NCBI RefSeq assembly: GCF_009914755.1
Contig: NC_060947.1
DNA length: 64,000 nucleotides
Strand: one strand, 5' to 3'
Source of the DNA: the human T2T-CHM13v2.0 reference genome, Homo sapiens
Part shown: positions 13,286 to 26,899 of the stretch, piece by piece
Layout of the letters: every line of letters begins with the position of its first letter
How positions within the stretch are numbered: position 1 is the first letter of the stretch
Made by a program: the position numbers and the translations under genes
Notes under the pieces: model-generated
Told to the model about the DNA's origin: nothing
What the model saw: the letters and a program-made list of their open reading frames with translations, nothing else
The model's database searches: none

Positions 13286-15474
13286 TGCTGGAGTTAGTTG
13301 AGGTTGTCTCCAACTCTAAAACACTAGACTTAAACATCTACCACTAGCCTCTATATTACCAACGTATCAGGCTACTTACACTTCATGTCTGCTGAGAGAA
13401 TTCCTAATGACTTAAGTACAATGAAGTCACAAAATCATTCCAAAGCTATTTCAATGATTCGGGCAACTTAAGAGAGATGTATTTCCATTTTTCTATCCTG
13501 CCTCTTTTGTGCCACCCTGTCTGCCCTCCCCTGGACAGTCCTTGAAAATGAAAACTTCACACTGGATTTCTTCTATCAGACCTGAGAAAGAAAGTAGGCT
13601 TACTTTTTTGATCCTCCAGTTTTCAAGATAATGGTTTTATTTCTTGAAGCTGTAATCAGATGAAAATGTCCAAAGGACTAAAGAAACTGAGTAGGGCTAT
13701 TAGTCTACCCTTTTTCTTATTTTAATTCTATCTGAGGGAACAATAGGCTCTTCTTGCCTTTGGCAAGATAATAATTCAGCTGACATGCTAGAAATACCAC
13801 ACACCAAGATATAAAATGGTGGCATTTTCTCTCTTTAAAAACAATCAACGCTTTCATCTGTGGACTTCAAAGTACACATGAAATAAAAAGTCTCAGTCCT
13901 GTGAGTCTGAGGTAAATCAAAAGGCTATAAGTGTCATAGAAAAGTTTCCTGGTTCGTAGCCCTCCTTTCAGGTAAGAAAGGAAACAAAAGTACTCTCAAG
14001 CAGATGAGTGTTCATCTCCTTTTTATATTTCTCTTCCAAGTGAGCCTGAACAAGTTTTCTGATAACCCATTCTGATAATAGTTCTTCTTTATGGCTGACC
14101 AAATTTCTTCTTGCTGCTCTACAGGCCCACTTTCTCCTATTAATCTAGCCTTGTAGTGCTGTAATTGTTCACTGTCTTTATATTGTCAAGTATCATTTTG
14201 ATTTCCAGAATTTCTAAAGGAAAGCTGAGAATGGAGTTGGGAGGTCTATGATCAAGACTGGATACTCTCTGGAGGTCCTTATTTAATTATAACACTCCTG
14301 GTGATGCTAGTCTACCTTAGATAAAGTTATTTCTCTTCTCTAGTGATTAGCACCTCATGTGTAAAACGCAATGAGTATGAGAATACATTAAGAGAAAGAA
14401 ACAATCACCATACCAATACAAATTATTATTGATTTTGAAGGGTCTTTCTGGAGATCTTGAACTTTTGTGATTAAATAATTATTGCAAATGAAAACTGGCT
14501 GAAGATCCCTCTTTTCACACTGAGTCATTCGTTATTCACATGAACTTCGGCAATACTACTTTTGACGCATTTAAGGACAAATCTATCTTTCAACCCAGGC
14601 TTATAGAGAAAAGACAATGGAAATAGGACTCTGCCCACACCTGGATGCTCACTTTGGTATTGTAATTATTCCTGGGTAGTTTCCCACTCTTCCAGAGAGC
14701 TGACACCTTCTTTGAATATTATTGTACCATGATGTTGCTTAAAACAATGCATTCGATTTTAGTCATCATCCAGTTGGCCTTGTTGACTCATGGTTTTTTC
14801 CACTTTAGTGGAAGTATTTCATGAAAGAGTTGGTATTTCTGCTTCTACAAATCCAGATGGCTCTCAAACCAGGAGGCAGTTGGCAACTTTGAGAAACGAA
14901 CTTGGCATTGTGATTTTACATGGGTTTAACAATCTTCTACTCTTTTGCTATAGAGTACCATCTGAATAAATGGATTTGCTGCCATCTTAGACAATTTGTA
15001 CAGCTACAGCATCACCAAGGAAACATTTCCATGGGGAAAAGGTAAAATTTAAGAGGAAACACACTCTGAAGAATTCTGAGCTCATCTTATAAAAGCTACA
15101 AAGCAACCAGATCCACAAAGAAAGATTATGTGGTCAAATATGGCAGTAATGTCTAATCCTGATTACTGGTCTACTTCATAGTTGAGGCAGGACATTTAAA
15201 CTCTACCTATCAGTTTCCCTTGGGCACTTAAGAAATCTCAGCTGTAATAAGGCAAGGATTCCATTAGGGCCAGGTATTTTTTTTTTTCACAAGCACCCAG
15301 ATTTGATTTGTGCCTGTTCTAAGGATGTAATCTCACAAATGTCTGAGTAGCCTTTAGGGACAAGTGAAGCTGTCAGTTGGTCAAATTCAGATACAAAGGC
15401 AGAGTTTCGTGCAAAGCTCTATCCTGAAAATAACAAGAAAATAATAGGGAATATAAAGGCATAGAGAAAGCAAT

Positions 15475-15950
15475 TATTCAATCAAATATGTGATCAAGCA
15501 ACAAATATTTCTGGAGCATCTATTTTGTGTAAGACACCATATCTCTGCTAAGAGAGTTGGGGCCCTTCCAACAGGGGAGTTATAACTGAGTTGAAAAGCT
15601 AAGGCATATATATATATACACAAACTCATAAGCAATAGTTCAAGGTGGTCCACAATCAGTGTCAAGTGATTGATATGAATTTAATGACCGATATATTTCA
15701 GAGGTACAAGAGAACATTTCTAATTAAGATGATCCAGAAGGCTTCTTATAGAGGGTAGGACTTGTACTAGGCACTGACAGTTGGATAAGACTTTGACAAG
15801 TGAAAGAAGAAGGGGAGCATGCTGGGAAAGGGAAATGAATGGTATGAGCACGGTGGTGAGGTAGGTAAGCACAGTGTCTTCAGAGAAAAGTAGTGGATCG
15901 GTGTGGCTGAAATAGAAGACTTGTTTTGGGGAGTAGCAGAAAAAAAAGAA
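15475..15950 (-). mobile_element. L2 fragment (antisense)
   Basis: caacaaatatttctggagcatctattttgtg...gtgtggctgaa...gggagtag. Confidence 0.55.
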
Positions 15951-16239
15951 AGCTGAAAAGAGGAACCATGAGATCTGAGTTTGAAGGGATCCTCAAGATT
16001 ATCATATCCAAGGCCTGCTCCTCTTATTCTTACCTATTTATTTCCACATAAACACAGCTTTCCCTAGTCTGCACCAATGTTTTACATACATTTTAGTGGT
16101 GGTTCTAGATTCCTAATAACTTTAGACACAGTAACTTCAGCATAGTAGTTAGAAATAGACTTTGGAGTTAGAGGCCTGGGTAAACCACTTGCTAGACATT
16201 CAACTTTGGGTAAGTTTATCCTTTATTTCTTCATCTAGA

Positions 16240-16745
16240 AATGTGGGTAATAGTATACTTACAGTCGAGGGATGAAGAAAATGAGAAAGAAGGCTTGAAG
16301 GAGACAGTAAAGGAAGAATCTGCAAAGTGTATTACCAAGGAAAGCAAAAGTAGAGAAAATACAAAGAAGGGGGCATTGTTAATAGCATCAAATGAAACAA
16401 AGAGTTCAAGGTGGTTGCGACCTGCCAAAAGGCCACTGACTTTGACAATCTGAAGGTCACAGGTGACCTTTAAGAAATCAGTTTTAGTACAAAAGGAAAG
16501 AGGCAGTTTGTAGAAAATGGAAGAGGTAGGAGGGTTGGGAAAGGGAGGAAAAAAGATTGTGTAGTGTGGAACTGGATCTGCAAGCAAATATCCCTCCCTC
16601 GTTTGCAGGGAAGGAGAGGGAGAGAGATGGCTTTGACTCAGTGGAGTTACAGGGCCGAGTGATGCAATGACTGGACATGCAGCTTGGAAATGAAATGGTC
16701 GGTAGCTCCTTTGGGAACTTCCAACTCTAGCTTTCCTCCTTGCCA
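16240..16745 (-). mobile_element. L2 internal fragment (antisense)
   Basis: gcatcaaatg...ggccactgactttgacaatctgaaggtcacaggtgacctt; accounts for the 171-aa ORF. Confidence 0.6.
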
Positions 16746-16941
16746 CAGTGCAGGGAATGATGACAAAGGAAGAGGGAAGTTGCTACTCATGAAATATCTT
16801 CCCTCTTCCTTTTGTCTAGTACTGCAGAGGAACAAAATAATATTATAAAGCTGTCTGCCTATTTACAATATCACAAGATTGCTGCTGAACAATTATAAAA
16901 TTGTTCAAGTATAAATTATACAATTATAAAAGACTCCTTGT

Positions 16942-17350
16942 ATAGTAAAATCTCATTAATTTGGACTACACTAATTTGGAATTTGTGGTAATTTAACCTG
17001 GGTTGGAGTTACCTTTGTCCTACTAACAAAGAAAAGGTTCTCTAAGCAAATATTGAACAAGATTTCAAGGGAGCTAATTTAGCCTGCCAGGGGCTTATTT
17101 CACTTATTTTAAAGAACATACTGTTTTTTAAGAACTTCAGCATATTCATTATTTGAATGCAAATTGTTCTGCTAATTATAGATTAGCATAATCTACTGTT
17201 AAAATCCTATATGTGCAAGTTACTTTGCTCTCACTGAATGTGCTCATTAGAAATAAAACTGCAATTCTTTAAAGTTAATTCACAATTCAGATTAATACAT
17301 ACTTCCTTTCCCCACCCTCATGAGTTAACTGCAGTTCAGGAGGTATTACC
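16942..17350. mobile_element. Ancient TcMar/Tigger-like remnant
   Basis: tagtaaaatctcattaatttggactacactaatttggaatttgtg resembles old Tigger termini; right end poorly defined. Confidence 0.4.
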
Positions 17351-17555
17351 CTAAACTCACACATCACTTAACATCACTTAACATGAATACAATGGAAAAA
17401 CTAGTAGGTGATCATAAAAGTCTCAGAGCCAGAAGAGATGTCTTAAAGTTGATGCCCTAAATTCTGTGCACTCTATCCGTGGCAGGTTCCACTTAGAGCT
17501 GATTTAACTTTTACTTATACTAATCTGGCACATCAGCTTGGAGAGATGGCTGGGT

Positions 17556-17582
17556 TTTGTTGTTGTTGTTGTTGTTGTTGTT
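17556..17582. repeat. (GTT)n microsatellite
   Basis: About 8 ttg units. Confidence 0.9.
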
Positions 17583-17994
17583 CTTAATTCAGTAGAAGGA
17601 GAAAAACGGCTGCTACATGAAGGGACGATGAGAGGAATAAAAAGTGACTGTAGGCAGCAGAAAGGAGACAGGACATGTGTAAAATGTGGCTATAATAACT
17701 AAAAGACCACCGCAGCGTAGAACAATTTAGTGTAGAGGTAAAAAACCTATACTTTTTAGTAAACCCTTAAAAATTTAAAAGTATTAGAGTGCCGTACAAT
17801 AACTAATGACTGGAATTACGCCCCTAAATGATCAAGCAAAGTTTAAATTATATTGAATACATGTCTTTAAAAGACAGATGAGTTTATACACATACACACA
17901 TATGGTTTATACTCATAATGCTTAACCTAAAAATGTGAAACACGTTGATGATTTAAAACATGAAATTTATAATATCATATAATAATGCTAATAA

Positions 17995-18200
17995 AATAGT
18001 AACGTTTATTAAGTGATTACTGTATGCAGACACCATGCTAAGCACTTTACCTACATCATTTCAACTAACTGTCATAACAAATCCTAAGACATAGGCTTTA
18101 GTATCACTTTTACTTTACAGCTGAAGAAAGTGACTCTCAGAGAGGTTAAGCAAATAACTCCAGGCCACAGAAAGAGATAAAACCAGGATTAGAACTCAGG
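17995..18200 (-). mobile_element. MIR
   Basis: tttattaagtgattactgtatgcagacaccatgctaagcacttt...actctcagagaggttaag. Confidence 0.75.
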
Positions 18201-18939
18201 CCAGTTCCTTGGCTATACACCATGCCTTTCCATGCTCCAGAAAACAGAGCTCTCTAAGAATCACTCATTTCTTGAGGGTTCCATGTAACTAATGTTTTAC
18301 TGTATTTTCATTTTCCAAACTCATATTTAACAAATATCTTGATTTATAAGCAGAGATCTATGATCTAAGAGTCAGATATGATACATTTGTAAACATGTTC
18401 CATTTCACAAGCTGAAAGTAAAAAGTAATAATAAAAAACAAAACAAAGAAAAAATGATGAACATGTCTGTTATGCCCATCCCCGAATCTCAGATCAGTTT
18501 CTATATACTACAGATTCTACTTCCAAATGAATAACCATGCAACAAAGACATAAAATTGTAAAATATCAAATGATCAGTTAAGATGTGGCTCTCCTATGGT
18601 TTTCTCACTCCTTTTGGAAAAAAAAAAAAAGAAACATTAAGATGAGAATAGGCCAATGGGACATGAGGGATTGGGGTAGGAGAAATTGCAAGGGAGGCTA
18701 AAAGCTCCATTGGGCTGTTATAGAGGGTTTAGAAGAATCTGTTTGCCAACTGTTCTAAGAGAATTATAAGGGCATAAAACATATGTAGGCATAGTGGGTA
18801 TTGAGGGGAACAGGGGTAGAGGTGGGGAGATGCAAATATATGCAGCTATCTGTATTAGAAGTAAAAGTGAGGATGGCCTGCCACATGTACATACAAAGAC
18901 AAATGCACAGTGAAACCATTCACTCATGCAATTCCTTCT

Positions 18940-19280
18940 ACCTAAATCGATGCTCTTTACTCATCTCTTGTCTCAAGCCTACCCATTCTTCAAGGATCAG
19001 CTAAAAATGGCACTTCTGCCATGAAGTGTTCTATAATCCCTAAGGCAGAATTAAACTCTTCCTCATTTGTGCTCTCATCGGTTTTTCACCCTTTACACAC
19101 TTGCCACAGCACTGATGATACTCTATCTAATTATCACAGTTATTCGTGTATGTGCTTTTCCCTCCTTCAATCCCATAATGAGTTCCATGAGGACAGGGGA
19201 CTCTTTCTCATTTATTTAGTTCCTACAAGCTCTAGCATAGTATGTGACCTGCCACATACTAGGCTCTGGGAAAATGTTGA
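18940..19280 (+). mobile_element. L2 3' region adjacent to the exon donor
   Basis: cattcttcaaggatcagct...gagttccatgaggacaggga...ctagcatagt...aaatgttga. Confidence 0.65.
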
Positions 19281-19322
19281 CTCTGGTACTGGCTTAAGAC
19301 AGTGCATTATCACCTAGCTTAC

Positions 19323-19466
19323 CTGAAGGAGTATTTGTTCTCTTTCTTTTCTTGCTTGATTCCCCTCCATTCTCAATGAGGCCTTCTGTGACCAGAGGGC
19401 CACTGGCACTACCAAACTGCAGGGGCTCGTTGTTGTTAGCAGGGTCAAAGGGCAGCTGGTTCAATC
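19323..19466 (-). other. ENOX2: 144-nt internal exon (recalled as ENOX2 5'-leader exon; one open frame, LNQLPFDPANNNEPLQFGSASGPLVTEGLIENGGESSKKRKRTNTPS)
   Basis: Acceptor ggctttctttttcttctttag|GATTG and donor TTCAG|gtaagc. Unique non-repeat sequence, length a multiple of 3, phase 1/1; the other two frames contain TGA. Confidence 0.8.
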
Positions 19467-20240
19467 CTAAAGAAGAAAAAGAAAGCCAAAGTCCAGACTC
19501 CATTAAGGACTGGGATTGTCTCCAGATTTTATTATATGAGCCACTAGTGGAAAACCTTTTAAATCTTAAAAGCCTAGGAGAAACAGGTGAATTCCTTAAA
19601 GACAGTTGCCTTCTGTAATTTTTACAGATCTTTTCGGTAAGTACAAAATTAAAATATAAGACTGTGGCTCTGTCATTTGTAAGATCCCTCCTGTTTCTGC
19701 GGCAACTTAACATTTTTAGTCATAAGCTAGCAACTGATAGGTCCCTCATTAAATGTGGCTATGGTTGGACCCACTGTTCCTTGTAAAAAGTTTGGCTTTG
19801 CATTCCTTGGATTATCTCCTGACATTTTACCATTCTTTCATTACAAGGTATGTTGATCTCATGCAGATATAATCATCAGACTATCCTGTGTCAAAGTCAC
19901 TTCCAATAGTAATATAGGGGTCTCTAAAATCAGAAAACCATAACTCCATGGCAAATGAGAAAAGGAAACAAATATATAGAAATTGCAAGGGGGTTATTTA
20001 GTAGCTGGAGCAATGGGGAATTATGACCTAGATTTCGGTAATGTTAATCTCATTCTCTTCAAATAATATTAGAAGCATGGTCACTTTACTCGTCACTGCT
20101 GCACCATATAAAATGGCAAAAGGTATTTTCTACTCTCCAAGTCTTACATGGTTCAATCAGGGGCAAGCAGAGACAGAGACAGTTCTTACTCCTCTGGCAG
20201 CAGCACCTGGAATTTCAAGTGTTTCAATTAAACTTCATGA

Positions 20241-20730
<490 letters not shown>

Positions 20731-20809
20731 TAAATTGTCAGTTAAAAAAAAAAAAACCTTGAAATCCAGTCAGCTAAAGGTCAATCAAGTTTCAATAAAA
20801 TGAATGCTA

Positions 20810-21197
<388 letters not shown>

Positions 21198-21589
21198 TCA
21201 GCAATCAGATTCCACTTGGATCACCTCCATTAAATGTCTTCTGGAACTTGTCAAACATTCTTCCTTACATCATGTGAGTAACTAAGTGAAAGAGTAAAAC
21301 TTGCTTCTGGATCTTAAGCGAACTGTTCACTGCATCATATACATGTTCTACTAAATCCCTACCATGACTAGAACTAAAGAAACAAACATCAATTGCTATG
21401 TACTAAAAAAAAATTGAGATCATGACCAAGACTATTTAAAAAGAAGACTAGATGTTTATTCCATTTACAAATGAAGATTGTTCTCGTACCTGATTAGTCC
21501 CAGAGTCAAATATGATTAATATACTAGTCCAAAACTTTTCTTGGAATTTCTTTCTGAAATATACTGATCAAAACAAGTTCCATGGAAGA

Positions 21590-21760
21590 CAGAATGGCAT
21601 AGTGGAAAGATCCCGACAGACCGGGATTCAAATCCTGGTTATCCTTTACTAGCTGATACCTTTTGGCAAGTCATGTGGTCTCTCTTAGTCTTGGTTTCAT
21701 AATGTGTAAAAGAGAGTGATAACACACCTAAGGCTGTGGCAAAGATAAACACATACATAT
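21590..21760 (+). mobile_element. MIR fragment
   Basis: gcatagtggaaaga...cagaccgggattcaaatcctgg...ggcaagtca. Confidence 0.65.
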
Positions 21761-22163
21761 TTATGAGAATTACATTATTCTAAGTAAATTAAAACAAACT
21801 TTCCCCCTATAAACTTGAAAGCTCTCCTAAAAAGGAAACTTCCCTCTCTCCCTCCCTCCCACAATTATATTCTTGGTGCCTAGCACCATACCTTGAGCGC
21901 CCAAATGAATTAATCCTTAATTGGATGGGGGTAGATGACTCATTCTTTTAACCCATGTAATGAAAGACCTGACAGCTGATAATCAAGAATTAATGCCACA
22001 GCTTAAAAGTTCTGATGCTGATTATATCAACATTACTTAAAATAATTAGATTCTAAGTGCATCTCCATCATTTGAGTACTATACTACAGAATGGTAAAAT
22101 GCTGATGAAAAGGAATGTTCAGGGATTAGGAGGTTCTGATTAATGACGGTGAAACAGAAAAAC

Positions 22164-22954
22164 TTTTTTTTTTTCTTTTATTATTATTATTATTATACTT
22201 TAAGTTTTAGGGTACATGTGCACATTGTGCAGGTTAGTTACATATGTATACATGTGCCATGCTGGTGCGCTGCACCCACTAACGTGTCATCTAGCATTAG
22301 GTATATCTCCCAATGCTATCCCTCCCCCCTCCCCCCACCCCACCACAGTCCCCAGAGTGTGATGTTCCCCTTCCTGTGTTCATGTGATCTCATTGTTCAA
22401 TTCCCACCTATGAGTGAGAATATGCGGTGTTTGGTTTTTTGTTCTTGAGATAGTTTACTGAGAATGATGGTTTCCAATTTCATCCATGTCCCTACAAAGG
22501 ACATGAACTCATCATTTTTTATGGCTGCATAGTATTCCATGGTGTATATGTGCCACATTTTCTTAATCCAGTCTATCATTGTTGGACATTTGGGTTGGTT
22601 CCAAGTCTTTGCTATTGTGAATAGTGCCGCAATAAACATACGTGTGCATGTGTCTTTATAGCAGCAAGATTTATAGTCCTTTGGGTATATACCCAGTAAT
22701 GGGATGGCTGGGTCAAATGGTATTTCTAGTTCTAGATCCCTGAGGAATCGCCACACTGACTTCCACAATGGTTGAACTAGTTTACAGTCCCACCAACAGT
22801 GTAAAAGTGTTCCTATTTCTCCACATCCTCTCCAGCACCTGTTGTTTCCTGACTTTTTAATGATTGCCATTCTAACTGGTGTGAGATGATATCTCATAGT
22901 GGTTTTGATTTGCATTTCTCTGATGGCCAGTGATGATGAGCATTTTTTCATGTG
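22164..22954 (-). mobile_element. Young 5'-truncated L1 (L1HS-like, ACG/A 3'UTR haplotype), ~0.8 kb
   Basis: Uninterrupted 184-aa ORF2 C-terminus (22397-22951); GATGACACGTTAG and CTTAAAG 3'UTR diagnostics; identical TSD GTGAAACAGAAAAACTTTTT at 22149-22168 and 22952-22971. Confidence 0.95.
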
Positions 22955-23079
22955 AAACAGAAAAACTTTTTATTTTTGTTTTGCATTTGATAATTTTACA
23001 GAATAACATATTAGTCCATTTCCCTGACTTATTAAGTAGATGACTGAGGATTTTCCGGAGGTTTGGAGCCACAATTTGC

Positions 23080-23215
23080 AAAAGGACATTAATAAGAGTA
23101 CCTAACTCACAAGACTGCTAAAAATATTAAATGAGATTATATATGTAGAACATTCAGCATAACATCTGGCACATAGTAGATGTTCAATAAGTATTAACTA
23201 CTACTATTATAACAT
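23080..23215 (+). mobile_element. MIR 3' part
   Basis: attaaatgagattatatatgtagaacattcagc...ctggcacatagtagatgttcaataa. Confidence 0.7.
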
Positions 23216-26099
23216 TGAATTTCCATTTTTAATTTCTAGTTACTGATGTGCAATGTGAGGAGATTGTTCTGAATCTGCCCTGATCCAAGGATGTACCCTG
23301 CTTTCCTCATTGAACCTTTTCATTCCTGTTTGTACCTTTTTCTAAAAGTTGAAGGAATCCAGGGGAAAAAAAAATCTAATGAGTTAAAGGTGTTCAGTTA
23401 TAGACATTTTATTATAATTATGCTTGCCCTTTCTTTAGGCCCATATGGTAACCTTAGGGATATAGTTATTTTATTAATTACATGGATGTACAGATTTTTG
23501 GCACCAAATTAAGACTGAGATTTCAAGTACTTTCTGTGTATCCACCTCATATATGATCCAGATATGTGAAAATCATGACAATTCAGTACAACATTTCAGG
23601 CCTAATTTTTTTTATAGAGAAAGATCTCATATGGAGGGGGGACATCTCACTCAGTAAGCTGACTCGCTGAACACAAACCCATATTTTATATCATCCAATA
23701 CCCAATACAGTCTCCAAAGATTTGTAGTTCAAGAGGAAGGATGAAAGAGACAGCAAAATCCTATGACACCAGTGCTTCCTAGCTACTTTTACTGTTTTGT
23801 TTCATTCCTTCCATAAGACAGGACCAAACAAACCAATAAATCAGTAAATCAATAGGTATTTAAAGGGTGTTTTTTGTGTCATGTATATGTGACCCAGGTC
23901 AAATGCTATTTTAAGTAAACTAGTCCCATTAAAATGATTAAATACTAAAAAAGAAAACCACCACTTTAATTCCAAGAATTCTTATTGCTGAAATTTCAAT
24001 TATGACATAAATATAAAAATATTGGCAATTACCATATTGTAATCCTCACCCAAACTACAGAATTTATCTTTAAATCTCTTATGGAAGCAATTTCTACCAT
24101 TTTTTCTAGACATGATGAAACTGAAAAATATTAGATTTGGAAGAAAGTTTTGAGGTTATCTAGTTTATTCTTCTATTTCTATAGAAATTTTATCTATAGA
24201 ATTCCTGACAGGCCTAAATCCAGGGGCACTGCTTCGCCTGGGACTCATTCCTTGCTGGGCTCCCAGGCATTCAGCTTGCTTTTAAAAACTACCACCTACT
24301 CTATTTTGGGAGTTCCTTTTATTTCCCTAAAACAGCTTCTTGCTTATCTTACCTAAAATGAAGACATAGGATGTATAACTTTTAAAAGTTTCTACTGATA
24401 ATCACTGTAAGAAAAACAAATGACAGAGTAACAGATAACTAACAAAGTCAGAAATTGTCCAAAGTCTTACGCATTCCTCACAGTCCTTGCCCTTTTATTC
24501 CTAAGAATAAATTTAATAAAACCTCATACTTCGTTCATTTGTTTCCCTCACATCTCATCTCCTCCCTCCAGCCCACAAAATTTACAGTTTGTCCAAAGGG
24601 AAGTACAAATTATTAAAATAAAGACAAATAGATAATAAACACTGGTGTTACAGATTTCTACTATTTCTGTATCTCATGTTCACAATAAACAAATCCATGT
24701 GGTAACGTAATCTCATCTAAAACCAAGTTGACTGGTGTAGACAGCTGACCAGCTGTTATTTCATGTCATGTTGAAATGCAGATTATCTGACTCCATAACA
24801 CGTATGAGGCTGCTTTAGAAAGTATGTATATTGGGAAAGGGTGGGGGTGGGGTTCCTTGTAGAATGACATTTCTCATCTAATGGAACTAGGGGGTTAAAC
24901 ATCTCAGAATGAAGTGTGATGCTCAGTGAATACTCCAATCTGCAGGTCAAGGAGTTCACAAGCAATGTTATGTCTGCCATACAGATGCAAATGATTCGTG
25001 GGCTTTGAGGAAAGCACTAAAGAATTTTCATGATTCTTGTGTGAGAAGATCAATAATCTCTTTGTGCCCAGCTGCTTTAACAGTTACTGTCACAATTCAC
25101 TTTACATAGCTGTCCACTATCAGGTCAAATTAGGACCAACCTTCATGATGCAATCTAACACTTTTAATGATTGCCCCAGGTTGTAATACCAAAATGTGAC
25201 CCTGTGAGTGAATGCCACTTTTTATCTGCAGCTGTGGCTCAGAGACTGTATAACCCTAGCGAAAAGAAACACAATGCCACCCTGGATTAGTTAGCTTTAA
25301 AAGAAAATGGCTAAAATCTTGAGAAATCTGATAAATTCAAATTAAGGCAACAATCTCAACACATAAATTAATGTTGAAAAAATATCAGTACTTGGCAATA
25401 AGAACAGTCTAGCTAATTTGTCTGTAAAACAAGTTTCTATAACCTAATTCTTATTTTCCAAATGACTTCAATTTAAAATCAGATATGAGATTCCATGTTG
25501 GGAGATGAGGGTCTCCAAATTTGTTTTCAATTCAAAACTTTTGGAAAAATAAGGGATTAAGATAATGGCCAGGCCCTTAATGTTCTGGCAGGTGCTGTTG
25601 AAGGATTTATCCATCTCTGGAGGGCCCTCCTCACTTTCATTCACCCCTCCTGCTTCCTCATTCTAGGCCTCAAAACCATATTTGTAGCTCTCACTACCCA
25701 ACCATTCCACCTGCTACTTCTGAGGGAATATTTACAATGTCCAAAAGAGTTGGACCGCAATATTACTCTTCAGCCACAGGGCTTAGCAGCCAAGACAATT
25801 GAACATTTCTCAGTGCCAGGTCTTAACTGATGTCAAACAAATGAAACCTACTTTGTCAATTTCATGAGTTCAATATTCTAACTGGTTTAGCTGAAGCAAG
25901 GGTAATTGTATGAGTTACAAATAATGGGTAAGTAAAGGTAATGAAGAAGAAGTGAGAAAGAAAACGGAAAAGTCCTTTTCGGAAGCACTAAGGGGCTTGC
26001 TTGAATGGTGGTAGACAAACTTTCAGAGCCTAATTTATCTTTAAGTCACCATTTTCAAGGTGGGATACAGGTCATAGACCAATTTTCATTGGCAGTGAT

Positions 26100-26570
26100 C
26101 CTTCAGCAACTTTTAATGACTCCCCAAACTACTTGGTCAAGTCACTAAAGTCTCTCATAAAAAGGCCGCATCCATTTCAGGCCTTGTCTCCCACTATGCC
26201 CCAGCTTATGCTCTACCCTAATACTTCTCAAACTTTTTAATGTGGACATGTGTTCCCTGAGGATCTTGTAAAAATGCAGATTCTAATTTAGTAAATCTGA
26301 GTTGTGGTCTGCTTTTATAAGTTCCCAGATGATGCTAATCCTGCTGGTGTGGGAATCACATTTTGAGTCAAAAGGGCTGGCACTCCAGCAAAATGGAACT
26401 ACAGCATTCACTGAATCCATCCAGTACTTTCCTACCTCCACACCTTTGGCTCACACTGCTCCTCCACCTGCTTCTTAATTTTCAATGTTCAAAATATCAT
26501 CCTTCCTTTAGGGCTTATCTCAGATGCTATTTCCTTCATGGTGTCTTTCCTTATTCACCTCTACCCAAAC
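26100..26570. mobile_element. L2 fragment interrupted by MER5B-like hAT MITE (~26218-26378)
   Basis: cttctcaaactt...gaggatcttgtaaaaatgcagattct...cccagatgatgct...cacattttgagt; L2 text on both sides. Confidence 0.65.
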
Positions 26571-26765
26571 CAATACATACACAGCAACAGAGAGAGGGGA
26601 ACTACCCATCAGGGAAACTACTATTCATTGGTTGTTTAGGATGTGCTTGTTTACAAACATTATCCCTTTATTTTATTTTCTAATTATTATTCTTATTTTA
26701 CAACAAGGAATGAGAAACTTACAGAGTTGAAGTAAATTTCCCAAGGTCACACAAGGAATTCAGGC

Positions 26766-26899
26766 TTTTTGTTTTTCCTTTTTGTGGTGAGCAGGGTCTC
26801 ACTATGTTGCCCAGGCAGGTAACTCCTGGGCTCAAGCTATCCTTCTGCCTCTGTCTCCCTAAGTGCTGGGATTACAGGCATGAGTCGCCGTACCTGGCC
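26766..26899 (-). pseudogene. BC200 (BCYRN1)-type monomeric Alu retrocopy
   Basis: Minus strand carries CACTTAGGGAG, GGATAGCTTGAGCCC, ACCTGCCTGGGC and CCACAAAAAGGAAAAA, which are BC200-like rather than FLAM-C; TSD tcaggcttttt / tcaggattttt. Confidence 0.75.

Noticed and set aside
16231-16746. 171-aa minus-strand ORF
   Set aside because: Coincides with a decayed L2 fragment; no splice or start context.
19294-19713. 139-aa minus-strand ORF as a stand-alone gene
   Set aside because: Only the 19323-19466 part is bounded by splice sites; the remainder reads through intron, including the polypyrimidine tract.
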